Origin: an uncultured Planctomycetia bacterium
GTDB lineage: Bacteria; Omnitrophota; Gorgyraeia; VGKH01; JBHPFN01
Reading direction: 5' to 3'
NCBI GenBank assembly: GCA_964406665.1
Contig: CAYOSQ010000007.1
Location: forward strand, 11,364 to 75,363
Length of the DNA stretch: 64,000 bases
A program made the position numbers and the translations under genes. Numbering within the stretch: the first letter of the stretch is position 1; each line of letters opens with the position of its first letter. Positions 29,390-37,512 of this stretch are shown one piece after another. Below the pieces are notes generated by a model, which saw only the letters and a list, made by a program, of their open reading frames with translations, was not told where the DNA came from and searched no databases.

Positions 29390-30171
29390 GATAACTCTTT
29401 TAAGGCCTGCTTTTTATGCTCATCTCTTACAATATAATAATGCCAGATGAGTTCATTCTCCATAAAAGAAACACCCTTACCCTTAACTGTACAGGCTAAA
29501 ATTATTTTTGGCTTTCCCTGTGAATCCTTTTTTAAAGCACTTTCTATAGCAGCGTGATCATGGCCGTCAACCTCTTCAACATACCAGCCAAACGCTTCCC
29601 ACTTAGCCTTTAAAGGCTCAAAATAGCATATTTCCTTTGCCCTGCCATAACCTTGTAAGTTGTTATAATCCATGATTGCTGTAAAATTATCTATTTTTAA
29701 CTGTGCAGCAAACAATGCCCCCTCCCAAATAGAACCTTCCTGAGATTCACCGTCACCGATAACTGCAAATACCTTCCTGTCTAAATTATCTTTCTTAAAC
29801 CCATACGCCATACCTAAGCCAATATTAAAACCATGACCCAAAGAGCCTGTTGACACTTCAATACCTTTGGCTGTAAATCTATCTAAATGGGCAGGCAGCG
29901 TTCCATCATTCTTCAGATAGCCATCCAAAAACTTTCTTTCCATGAGGCCGCGCTCTACCAAAGTCGTATACAATGCCATATCTGCATGACCTTTACTCAA
30001 GACAAAAATATCCCTTTTATCCCAATCATCAAATTTTAATATCCTATAATATAGAACTGTCAGAATATCGACGCAAGAAAGACAGGAACCAACATGTGGA
30101 CACTTAGATCTATGCGCAAGTTCAATGATCTCTTTTCTTATATTATTCGCAATTATTTTTAATTCTTCCAT
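29386..30171 (-). CDS. Transketolase-like ThDP enzyme, N-terminal subunit
   Basis: HVGSCLS, LSKGH, TGSLGHG, GDGESQEGSIWE...N ThDP motif and TVKGKGVSFME. Confidence 0.93.
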   Translation of the reverse strand: MEELKIIANNIRKEIIELAHRSKCPHVGSCLSCVDILTVLYYRILKFDDWDKRDIFVLSKGHADMALYTTLVERGLMERKFLDGYLKNDGTLPAHLDRFTAKGIEVSTGSLGHGFNIGLGMAYGFKKDNLDRKVFAVIGDGESQEGSIWEGALFAAQLKIDNFTAIMDYNNLQGYGRAKEICYFEPLKAKWEAFGWYVEEVDGHDHAAIESALKKDSQGKPKIILACTVKGKGVSFMENELIWHYYIVRDEHKKQALKELS

Positions 30172-30173
30172 AG

Positions 30174-31235
30174 TTAAATAAAGTTTACATGCTCAACTTC
30201 AGGATGTTTAAGTTCCCATAAAAAACTATTAATCTGATGATGCCTGCAGTTAGGCTGACACATTTTTTTATCATAAGTTTTATTGATATAGTCAATAGTC
30301 TTCCGCCTTTTACTCCACACCTGTGAAAATGATTTTTCAAAAATATTTCCCAGAGATGTTTTTTTGTCATGCTGATAAGAAAAACATGTATAAACTTCTC
30401 CATCTTCACGGATATAAATGATAAACGGAAGACCATAGCACTCTTTATAAAACCTATCTTTGGAAATATTACTTCTACTTCTGACGATAAAAGAAAAACT
30501 CTCATCGGATAAAGATTCTGCTGACCTACTTAAAGATTTAATAAAATCATCAGTTAACCAATCATTATTTAAACCAGATTGATTTTTGCTATGTCCATAA
30601 AAATACTTTACAACAAAATAATCAACACCTGCTTTCTTCATTGTCTTAGCACAATCAACTACAAAATCTTTATTATCATCTAAAATAATATATTGTATGC
30701 CTATAGTAATGTCTGCATTTAGTTCATTTTTTTTAACTCTTAGTTTCTGAATATTATTTAAAACTAAAGAATAGTCTTCCTTTTTTGCTTTATGAACCTT
30801 TGCATAATTTTCGGCGTTTCCTGAATTAAATGAAAACCTTATCCAGGTAAGAGATTTTGCCAAAATACCAAGATCATCTTCTTTAAGCAAAGCTCCGTTA
30901 GTGCTTAAGGCTACGTCGATGCCTTTCTCTTTAGCATATGCAATTGATGGAACAGTCTCTTGGTTTATCAGGGGCTCACCAGTACCGGCAAAAACCATTG
31001 ATTTAATACCTGAATCTTTTAACTCATCAATCAAAGTTTTCATTCTGCCTTGTTTAAACATCCCCTTATGGCCTAAATATTCATAATGGCAAAAAATGCA
31101 GCCGTGATTACAATTTGCAGATGGTGAAATTTCTGCATAAATAGGCTTTATGTTTTTTCCGGACAAAAAATCAACAAGTGCTTGCGGGTGATACAAAAGC
31201 TTATGTCCGTCTAGCTCGAATTTAGCCACTAACAA
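30174..31235 (-). CDS. Radical SAM protein (paralog of 26724-27803)
   Basis: CNHGCIFC, FAGTGEP, TNG and C...VYTC...CQPNC; ends HVNFI. Confidence 0.92.
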   Translation of the reverse strand: MLVAKFELDGHKLLYHPQALVDFLSGKNIKPIYAEISPSANCNHGCIFCHYEYLGHKGMFKQGRMKTLIDELKDSGIKSMVFAGTGEPLINQETVPSIAYAKEKGIDVALSTNGALLKEDDLGILAKSLTWIRFSFNSGNAENYAKVHKAKKEDYSLVLNNIQKLRVKKNELNADITIGIQYIILDDNKDFVVDCAKTMKKAGVDYFVVKYFYGHSKNQSGLNNDWLTDDFIKSLSRSAESLSDESFSFIVRSRSNISKDRFYKECYGLPFIIYIREDGEVYTCFSYQHDKKTSLGNIFEKSFSQVWSKRRKTIDYINKTYDKKMCQPNCRHHQINSFLWELKHPEVEHVNFI

Positions 31236-32127
31236 CCTCTTTCTCAGACTCAGATAGATCGCGGATATTTTTAATTTCTACTGAAGTATGTCCGAATATC
31301 TGCAAACGGTTAGTCTTGACCTTTATATCACAAGGGTTACAGTGACCAAACAGATAACAAGGCCGATAAATGTCCTCTATTTGAAAATTCTCATCAAGAA
31401 TATGTCCGATGGGTTGCCTTTTAGAATAAAGGTCTGAATGGCATCGGTAAATGTTCCCTGCAGGACCAACGATGAGTTCCGTTGTTTTGCATTCGCAGAA
31501 TTTATTTATCTCTTCGCTTACTGCTAAAGGATATTTATATGTACCGTGCCATTTTTTACCATCATACCCAAGATATTCTTTTGTCCTAAAATCTATACCG
31601 AGCTTTTTACAGCGCCCTTGTATATCTCTTATATGCTCAGCATTTTCTGGTGTCATCACAGAATATAATCCTACATAAAATCCTGCATCTGCCAACCGCA
31701 GAATTTTTTTGATAATTTCTTCGATATCATTTTGTCCTGGATGATAGCTTGCTCTGATTGCGGCATATTTTGCTTCACGGGTAAACTTCGAAGGCGGGAT
31801 ATTCTTGATAAACTCATCAACCTCAAACATCAAATTAGTAAGTAGATCCAGCTTTATGTTATCTCTAATACCATTAACTATCTCATAAAATCCTGGATGA
31901 ATCGTTGGTTCTCCGCCTTGAAAAGTCACCGGTAAATCTTCCCTGTTAATCTGTATTCTATTTATCGCATCAATCCACTCTTTAGCAATTAATGATGCGC
32001 GAGTTATTTCATTTCTCGGTGATTTTAAATCTTTATAATTAATACAATAATCACAAGATAAATTACAGTTAAGCGTTAAAAACATTGCAACATAATTATA
32101 GTGTTTTGGGATAGGAATAGGTTTCAT
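31222..32127 (-). CDS. Radical SAM protein with SPASM/twitch-like C-terminus
   Basis: CNLSCDYC, QGGEPT and CEC...YRCH...C....HCNPCD. Confidence 0.9.
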   Translation of the reverse strand: MKPIPIPKHYNYVAMFLTLNCNLSCDYCINYKDLKSPRNEITRASLIAKEWIDAINRIQINREDLPVTFQGGEPTIHPGFYEIVNGIRDNIKLDLLTNLMFEVDEFIKNIPPSKFTREAKYAAIRASYHPGQNDIEEIIKKILRLADAGFYVGLYSVMTPENAEHIRDIQGRCKKLGIDFRTKEYLGYDGKKWHGTYKYPLAVSEEINKFCECKTTELIVGPAGNIYRCHSDLYSKRQPIGHILDENFQIEDIYRPCYLFGHCNPCDIKVKTNRLQIFGHTSVEIKNIRDLSESEKEVVSG

Positions 32128-32129
32128 TT

Positions 32130-33773
32130 TTATAACTGTAAATACTTATTAGCAAATTTTCTAACAGATTCTCTGTGAGATACTGCAATTATAGTTAACT
32201 CAGGATAATTCTTACGGATTTCCACAAAAATTTTCTCTTCAGTGATTTCGTCTATATTTGCTGTTGCTTCATCTAGAATTAACACGCTTGGATTGTATAG
32301 CAAGGCCCGAGCAAGAGAAATGCGTTGCTTCTGCCCCGCTGAAATCCCTTCTCCTGATTCTCCAAGCTTATAGGATAATCCACCATCCAATTCATGTATA
32401 AATGTACAGCAGGAAATATTTAGCACCTTTTCAAGATCATTGCTTGCCAAATCTTTATTTCTTACTCCGTAAAAAAGATTTTCTCTAACAGTGCTGTCGA
32501 TGAGAAATGGATCTGTCCCGGAATATCCAACATTGCTTCTAAAAACTTCCCGGCTCCACAAAGACAAGTCAACATTATTCCATTTAATATCTCCGCTAAG
32601 TTTCTCCACAATTCCTAAGATCGTCATAAGAAATGTTGTCTTTCCTTTTCCGGATTCTCCCTTAACCAGCAAAAAATCACCTTTATTAATTTCGAGATTA
32701 ACATCTTTAAGCAGTTCTGCGTTTCGTCCAATGCTTAGATCTTTAACGCTAAGACTTTCAGGAACGCCTCTATATGATTTAAGGTCTTCTCTAGCTTCGT
32801 TTTCAGTCTTATCTGAAAACATTTCTGAATACTCTAGAAAATTTGTTAAAAATGGATAACAAAACTGAACATGGCCAAAAGACCTAGCGAGTTGAGAAAT
32901 AGCTTGAGGCAATCTAATCAATAAATATATAAATGTAATAAGAGTACCACTTTCGACGTAATTTTCTCTGTGGTTACCCCAAATAGTAAATATCACTATT
33001 AACACCCCGGCAAAAAGTGGCCAAGTATTATTAACTGAAATCCCAACTGCATACTTTATAAACTGCTTGTAAATAGTATTGTTAACAGTATTTAGATTAC
33101 TTAGTTCTCGATTATTTGTTCCAACTATTCTTAAAAAATAAATATTGCGTAAATCCCGTAATATATTTAAAGAAAACATTTTAAGGTTTTTATGGAAACT
33201 TCCTGCATAAGACTGGTAAGCACTTTTTAGAATAATTGTCGGGAAGATCATGACCGCTACTGCAACTAAGGCAACAAGTGTAAGGTTTGCAGAAATAACT
33301 GCCATCCCCACTAGAATAGTAAGCATTAGGAAAAAAGCGCTGATCATTTGGCAAAAAGATGAAACAAAATTGCCTACCTTGGGAGTGAGATTAGTTGTTA
33401 TATGACTAACTTCTGCAACAGAAAGATAACTATTTTCTGCATCAGTCCCTAAAATTGCAAGTCCTAGCATTCTCCTTACTCTGGAGCTAAAAGTTTCATA
33501 TGAAAAATCCGGCAGGAAACTGGCTAAAAAATAAAAACAAAAACGCACTACTGCAACAGAGGCAAGAAAAACTGTTGGCATTGTAGCAAAAGGCAGCAAA
33601 ATACTTGGGATGTTCTTTGATTGAATCAAATCAAAGCTAACTAAAAAGTTTTGCAGAGCAAAACCAAAAATCATCTCGATAAGGCCTAAGAAAAACCCTA
33701 AGAATATCGTGGTAATAAAAAGAAAAAATACCTTTTTGCCAAATAATCTTTTAACTTTTTCAAAAAAAGTCAT
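32130..33773 (-). CDS. ABC exporter, fused permease/ATPase (MsbA/PglK-like)
   Basis: N-terminal TM helices; GESGKGKT, ISAGQKQR, LILDEAT and SHR. Confidence 0.92.
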   Translation of the reverse strand: MTFFEKVKRLFGKKVFFLFITTIFLGFFLGLIEMIFGFALQNFLVSFDLIQSKNIPSILLPFATMPTVFLASVAVVRFCFYFLASFLPDFSYETFSSRVRRMLGLAILGTDAENSYLSVAEVSHITTNLTPKVGNFVSSFCQMISAFFLMLTILVGMAVISANLTLVALVAVAVMIFPTIILKSAYQSYAGSFHKNLKMFSLNILRDLRNIYFLRIVGTNNRELSNLNTVNNTIYKQFIKYAVGISVNNTWPLFAGVLIVIFTIWGNHRENYVESGTLITFIYLLIRLPQAISQLARSFGHVQFCYPFLTNFLEYSEMFSDKTENEAREDLKSYRGVPESLSVKDLSIGRNAELLKDVNLEINKGDFLLVKGESGKGKTTFLMTILGIVEKLSGDIKWNNVDLSLWSREVFRSNVGYSGTDPFLIDSTVRENLFYGVRNKDLASNDLEKVLNISCCTFIHELDGGLSYKLGESGEGISAGQKQRISLARALLYNPSVLILDEATANIDEITEEKIFVEIRKNYPELTIIAVSHRESVRKFANKYLQL

Positions 33774-33786
33774 CTTTTACAACCTA

Positions 33787-34299
33787 TTAGTACCCAATTA
33801 GTTTTCGGAGGGAATTAATGTTTTTTGTTGTCTTAGCCACTTTATTTATAAGATTATCCAAATCTTTAATGTTTTCTTGATATGCCTTTAATTCATTCTT
33901 TTGTTCTACACTAAGAGCGACCATATCAAGAGTAGCTAGCTTTGCCTTAACCTCATCCAACGAACCCCTACCCTCATCAAGAATACCAGAAAAGATTTCT
34001 ACAGAATGATTAATCACAAAGTTCATAATATCCCTGTTAGCTTCGTAATGGTCTTTGCGGTTTTCCTGCACCCAAACCCTTTTAGCTGCTCCCCATTTCT
34101 CTAAACGCCTAATATTTATGCTAACATTACCCTTGCTCATCCTACAAACCCTACCTAGTTGATCTAAGTCTAGAGCACTCTTGCTAAAATAAAGAGCAGC
34201 GTAAAGCTGCCCAATAGATTTATTCAAACCTATCTTGTTGGTCAGATAGCCGAATCTAAAAATTAGTTCTTCTTGTAAACTTGCAATCTCTTTATTCAT
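33787..34299 (-). CDS. GbsR/MarR-family transcriptional regulator
   Basis: GLNKSIGQLYAALY..LDLDQL....MSKGNVS.NIR.L..WG...RKDHY.A winged-HTH signature. Confidence 0.88.
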   Translation of the reverse strand: MNKEIASLQEELIFRFGYLTNKIGLNKSIGQLYAALYFSKSALDLDQLGRVCRMSKGNVSINIRRLEKWGAAKRVWVQENRKDHYEANRDIMNFVINHSVEIFSGILDEGRGSLDEVKAKLATLDMVALSVEQKNELKAYQENIKDLDNLINKVAKTTKNINSLRKLIGY

Positions 34300-34310
34300 A
34301 GATATTAATA

Positions 34311-34332
34311 GTGTTCAAAATTATTAAAACAC
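34311..34332. promoter_or_regulatory. Candidate operator: inverted repeat GTGTT-N12-AACAC just upstream of the GbsR-like gene
   Basis: GTGTTCAAAATTATTAAAACAC; a 16/19-identical copy lies at 35085-35103. Confidence 0.5.
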
Positions 34333-34377
34333 CAGATATGTCTTCTTCCAGTCATTTTTTATGCTTTTTCTTATCAT
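34324..34377 (-). CDS. Possible small ORF, 17 aa (MIRKSIKNDWKKTYLVF)
   Basis: GGGAGG SD 5 nt upstream of ATG; below the ORF-track cutoff. Confidence 0.3.
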   Translation of the reverse strand: MIRKSIKNDWKKTYLVF

Positions 34378-34436
34378 GTTTTCCTCCCGATTATCCATTA
34401 AGAAGGATGGCAAAGAGTATCCTTAGGTTCGTTTTA

Positions 34437-35009
34437 TCAAATAGTATCAGTTTTCTTAATTTGACTTAATGCGCATGGATTTGTACACCCCGGGTTAAAG
34501 CAATGCAGATCAATGTCAATGTTTTCACTCAATATTTTGATGTAATTAAACTTAGGGGGCACGTTATCTTTTTGCTCAAATGGACCCAGTTTTGTCTCGG
34601 TGTAAAGAACATAATCCGTTAAGGGAATCCAAAGGTGATATTTCCCGGCAGGATTCATATAAACAAAATTTTCTTGAGGGGTAAGTAAAGTTTTTTTGAG
34701 GAGATCCCCATTATCATCAAACATGAGGGCAAGCATTTCTCCTTCAATCATTTGCAGAAATTCATCTTTCTCAATATGTTTGTGTGGTTTTCTACATTTT
34801 CTATCTTTATATTCTAAGATTACCATCGCGTGTAATAATTTATCACAACTCTGATGCATGCAAAATCTTATATTCGCATTATTACCATTGCGAGAAATGA
34901 GTTTCATTTTCTCAATATTTTTCCGATGAAACACAGCAGGCTCACTATCTACAAAATAAGTGATTGATTTCGCCTTTATTTCTTTGAAATTATCAATTTT
35001 TTCATTCAT
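34437..35009 (-). CDS. WbuC-family cupin-fold metalloprotein
   Basis: RFCMH...LH.M, PHKH..KDE..IEG, FDD.G, YH and ETK.GPF. Confidence 0.8.
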   Translation of the reverse strand: MNEKIDNFKEIKAKSITYFVDSEPAVFHRKNIEKMKLISRNGNNANIRFCMHQSCDKLLHAMVILEYKDRKCRKPHKHIEKDEFLQMIEGEMLALMFDDNGDLLKKTLLTPQENFVYMNPAGKYHLWIPLTDYVLYTETKLGPFEQKDNVPPKFNYIKILSENIDIDLHCFNPGCTNPCALSQIKKTDTI

Positions 35010-35072
35010 TTTTTAGAATATAAATATTTTTTTATAAATTTTTCAAAAATAGACAGTTTTGACTCCATTTTC

Positions 35073-35107
35073 TAGCGTTTAGTTTGTTCAAAACAATTTA
35101 AACGCTA
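35073..35107. promoter_or_regulatory. Inverted repeat TAGCGTTTA-N17-TAAACGCTA overlapping the second operator-like copy (35085-35103)
   Basis: Read directly; lies immediately downstream of the predicted transcription start. Confidence 0.5.
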
Positions 35108-35114
35108 TTTTTGG

Positions 35115-35143
35115 ATTATACAACACTCACCACATGCTGTCAA
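35115..35143 (-). promoter_or_regulatory. Perfect consensus sigma70 promoter TTGACA-N17-TATAAT heading the minus-strand glycan locus
   Basis: Reverse complement reads TTGACA GCATGTGGTGAGTGTTG TATAAT. Confidence 0.85.
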
Positions 35144-35179
35144 TGACAATTTAAGGGTATGATATTATGATTTAAGCGC

Positions 35180-36595
35180 TTAGGTAGGTAGTTTTAATGA
35201 TTGTTTCATTCGAATGGATTCGTAAAGATTCTTTCTTAACATAAGTAAAAGCCCAATAAACAATGCTAAGCCAGCTATTACATATTTGTGAACAAGAAGA
35301 GTTCCTCCTCCGGGTAATATTTTTACAAAGACGCTATCAGTAATCGCAGCAATTGTAAAGCCAGATAAGCAAATTAACGCTCCTAAAATGTTCTCTTCTT
35401 TCTTGCGCTGCAGAATCTCCTTTAAAACATAAGCAAAACCAGGTATAAACCAAATGGTATTCATTACCCAGGTTCTAACCCCTGATAAAACTATAACAAC
35501 TAATACAATCTGCCAGAATAGGAACTCTTGGGCATTGGACCATTCAAACCTAGCCTCGAAACTTTTAAATAAATTAAGAAAAACAACAATAATAAATGTA
35601 GCTAAAATTAAAAAGGATAAAAAAGTATCTTTATGGTCAGCAAATTTAGTTCGATTGAACATAATATATAGCCTTCTACCTAATTTAGTCCCTTTTATAG
35701 CTTTTACAAGCGTAGCATTATGAGAAAACCTTAAAGTTGAAGAACTATAATAAACTCCGTCTTTTACGGTCTTTCCAGCCGGTGTATTAGTGTACTTTAA
35801 ATATAAAGGAACAATCATCATAGGCAACATCATATTCATAGTCCCTTCTTCTTGAAACTGAGATATTCTCGGAAGATGCTTTGAAAAATAGTCGAGATTT
35901 AAAGTTCTACAAGAGAAAAATGAAACTATCACAAGTATGCCTATGCCAATAGCATATCCAGAAAGAACCCTCCATTTTCTCCTCAACATTAAAAAAGGAA
36001 CTAAAAATAAACAATAGGGTTTGAAAAATGTTGCCAGCGAGATTAATCCTCCGGAAAGATACTCTCCCTTATTCTGCTTAAGCATAAACATCATAGCTAG
36101 CATTATCAACAATAAGTTTATGGCATCAATTTGTCCTCTTTCAATTTCCGCCAGAAAAGGAAAAAATAAACAAATAAAGATACCGCAACTCAAAAGTACT
36201 TCAGCGGACAATTCTAACTTTATTATGTTACAAGCGATAATCAACGAAGAAATAACAGATAGAATAAGTATCGATATCCAAACCCACTTAGCAACTTTGT
36301 AAGGAAGCAAGGCTAATGGTCTTGTTAAAAAAGCAACAAGTGGAGTATAGGTAAATCTGCTGTGTTTATAAATTGCTACTCCATCCCAAATAGGTGGATC
36401 TCTGCGGATATGGTTTTTGTAAGGAGATAATCCGCTATTCATTGACTCAGCAGCCGTATAAGAAGCTGAGAAATCCATCTGCAGGCTTTCATTGCCAAAC
36501 TCAACAACATAGCTTATAAAGCGCACAGAAACACAAATGAAAATAATAGATAAAATAATTCTTATAGCTAGTTTACGAGATATTTTTCTTTGCAT
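35180..36595 (-). CDS. GT87/DUF2029-like GT-C membrane glycosyltransferase
   Basis: DFSASY.AA...G.SPY, FTYTP, RGQID and ATFFKPY; multi-TM. Confidence 0.82.
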   Translation of the reverse strand: MQRKISRKLAIRIILSIIFICVSVRFISYVVEFGNESLQMDFSASYTAAESMNSGLSPYKNHIRRDPPIWDGVAIYKHSRFTYTPLVAFLTRPLALLPYKVAKWVWISILILSVISSLIIACNIIKLELSAEVLLSCGIFICLFFPFLAEIERGQIDAINLLLIMLAMMFMLKQNKGEYLSGGLISLATFFKPYCLFLVPFLMLRRKWRVLSGYAIGIGILVIVSFFSCRTLNLDYFSKHLPRISQFQEEGTMNMMLPMMIVPLYLKYTNTPAGKTVKDGVYYSSSTLRFSHNATLVKAIKGTKLGRRLYIMFNRTKFADHKDTFLSFLILATFIIVVFLNLFKSFEARFEWSNAQEFLFWQIVLVVIVLSGVRTWVMNTIWFIPGFAYVLKEILQRKKEENILGALICLSGFTIAAITDSVFVKILPGGGTLLVHKYVIAGLALFIGLLLMLRKNLYESIRMKQSLKLPT

Positions 36596-36601
36596 ATTTA
36601 C

Positions 36602-36630
36602 AAATTACCATATGTGCATACCAATGTCAA
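36602..36630 (-). promoter_or_regulatory. Putative promoter TTGACA-N17-TAATTT for the GT87 gene
   Basis: -10 ends 6 nt before ATG 36595. Confidence 0.5.
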
Positions 36631-36708
36631 CGAAAGACAATTTTCATAAACATAATTGCCCTTGTGATTTATAAATAATTATGCTATAACTTTGTTCTAA
36701 GGAGGAAC

Positions 36709-37476
36709 GTGATGATTTATTTTATTTTACCGATTTATAACGAGGCAAGAAATCTTAGAGAGCTAATTAATGAAATCAGGCAGCTTCTGCTTGGGCAAGA
36801 ATGTAAGATCGTAGCCGTAAATGATGGAAGCACTGATTCTTCCCTTGATGTGTTAAACGAATTAGGCGATAAAGACTTATTGATAGAAAGCCAAAGAATA
36901 AATATGAACATCGGGGCTGTTTTTTCTGCAGGCATCTTACGCATACTTCAAGAGTCAACAAACCCTAATGATATTGTTATCATAATGGAAAGTGATCAAA
37001 CTAGCTCTCTTGATGAGATAAATGACCTTCTACATGAAATTAATAAAAACAACAAAGATGTGGTTGTCGCTTCAAGGTACAAAAAAGGTGGTGGCTATGC
37101 TCATTTTCCTATTTTGAGAAATCTGTTTAGCCATTGTGCAAACAAACTATTAAGCAGCATCTTTCCCATAAATGACGTAAAGGATTATACTATCTTTTTC
37201 CGTGCATACAGAATAAGCGCTCTTAAGAAAGCTGTTAATTATTTCGGAAAATTTGGATTAATTCAGTCCCGGGGATTTGCCGCCAATGCAGAGCTACTTA
37301 TCAAACTGTCTTTTTTTACTAACCAAATTACAGAAGTCCCTTTTGTTTATGATTACTCTAAGAAAAAAGGTAGAAGTAAAATAAGGATACTAAGCACCAT
37401 CAATGAAACTATAATGCTCATCGGATATCTGAAAGAAATATACCGCAAACTGGAAAAATTCAGAGACATTAAATAA
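36709..37476 (+). CDS. GT2 polyprenyl-phosphate glycosyltransferase (DPM1-like)
   Basis: LPIYNEA.N, VNDGSTD, ESD, VVASRY..GG, D.T..FRAY and ELLIK; SD AAGGAGG. Confidence 0.88.
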   Translation: MMIYFILPIYNEARNLRELINEIRQLLLGQECKIVAVNDGSTDSSLDVLNELGDKDLLIESQRINMNIGAVFSAGILRILQESTNPNDIVIIMESDQTSSLDEINDLLHEINKNNKDVVVASRYKKGGGYAHFPILRNLFSHCANKLLSSIFPINDVKDYTIFFRAYRISALKKAVNYFGKFGLIQSRGFAANAELLIKLSFFTNQITEVPFVYDYSKKKGRSKIRILSTINETIMLIGYLKEIYRKLEKFRDIK

Positions 37477-37512
37477 GTGTATTTTTTAAAAATACTTCCG
37501 CAGCAAAAAATA

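Noticed and set aside
28475-30171. Housekeeping pentose-phosphate transketolase, or a frameshifted tkt
   Set aside because: The two ORFs overlap by ATGA coupling and match the naturally split type found in glycan loci.
24847-32127. RiPP biosynthetic cluster interpretation (rSAM/SPASM plus ABC exporter)
   Set aside because: No RRE/PqqD domain or peptidase is evident and no convincing precursor was found; neighbours are sugar enzymes.
35073-35112. Hairpin plus T-run as an intrinsic terminator
   Set aside because: The T-run is on the + strand, where no gene ends, and the stem is AT-rich; an operator or leader role fits better.
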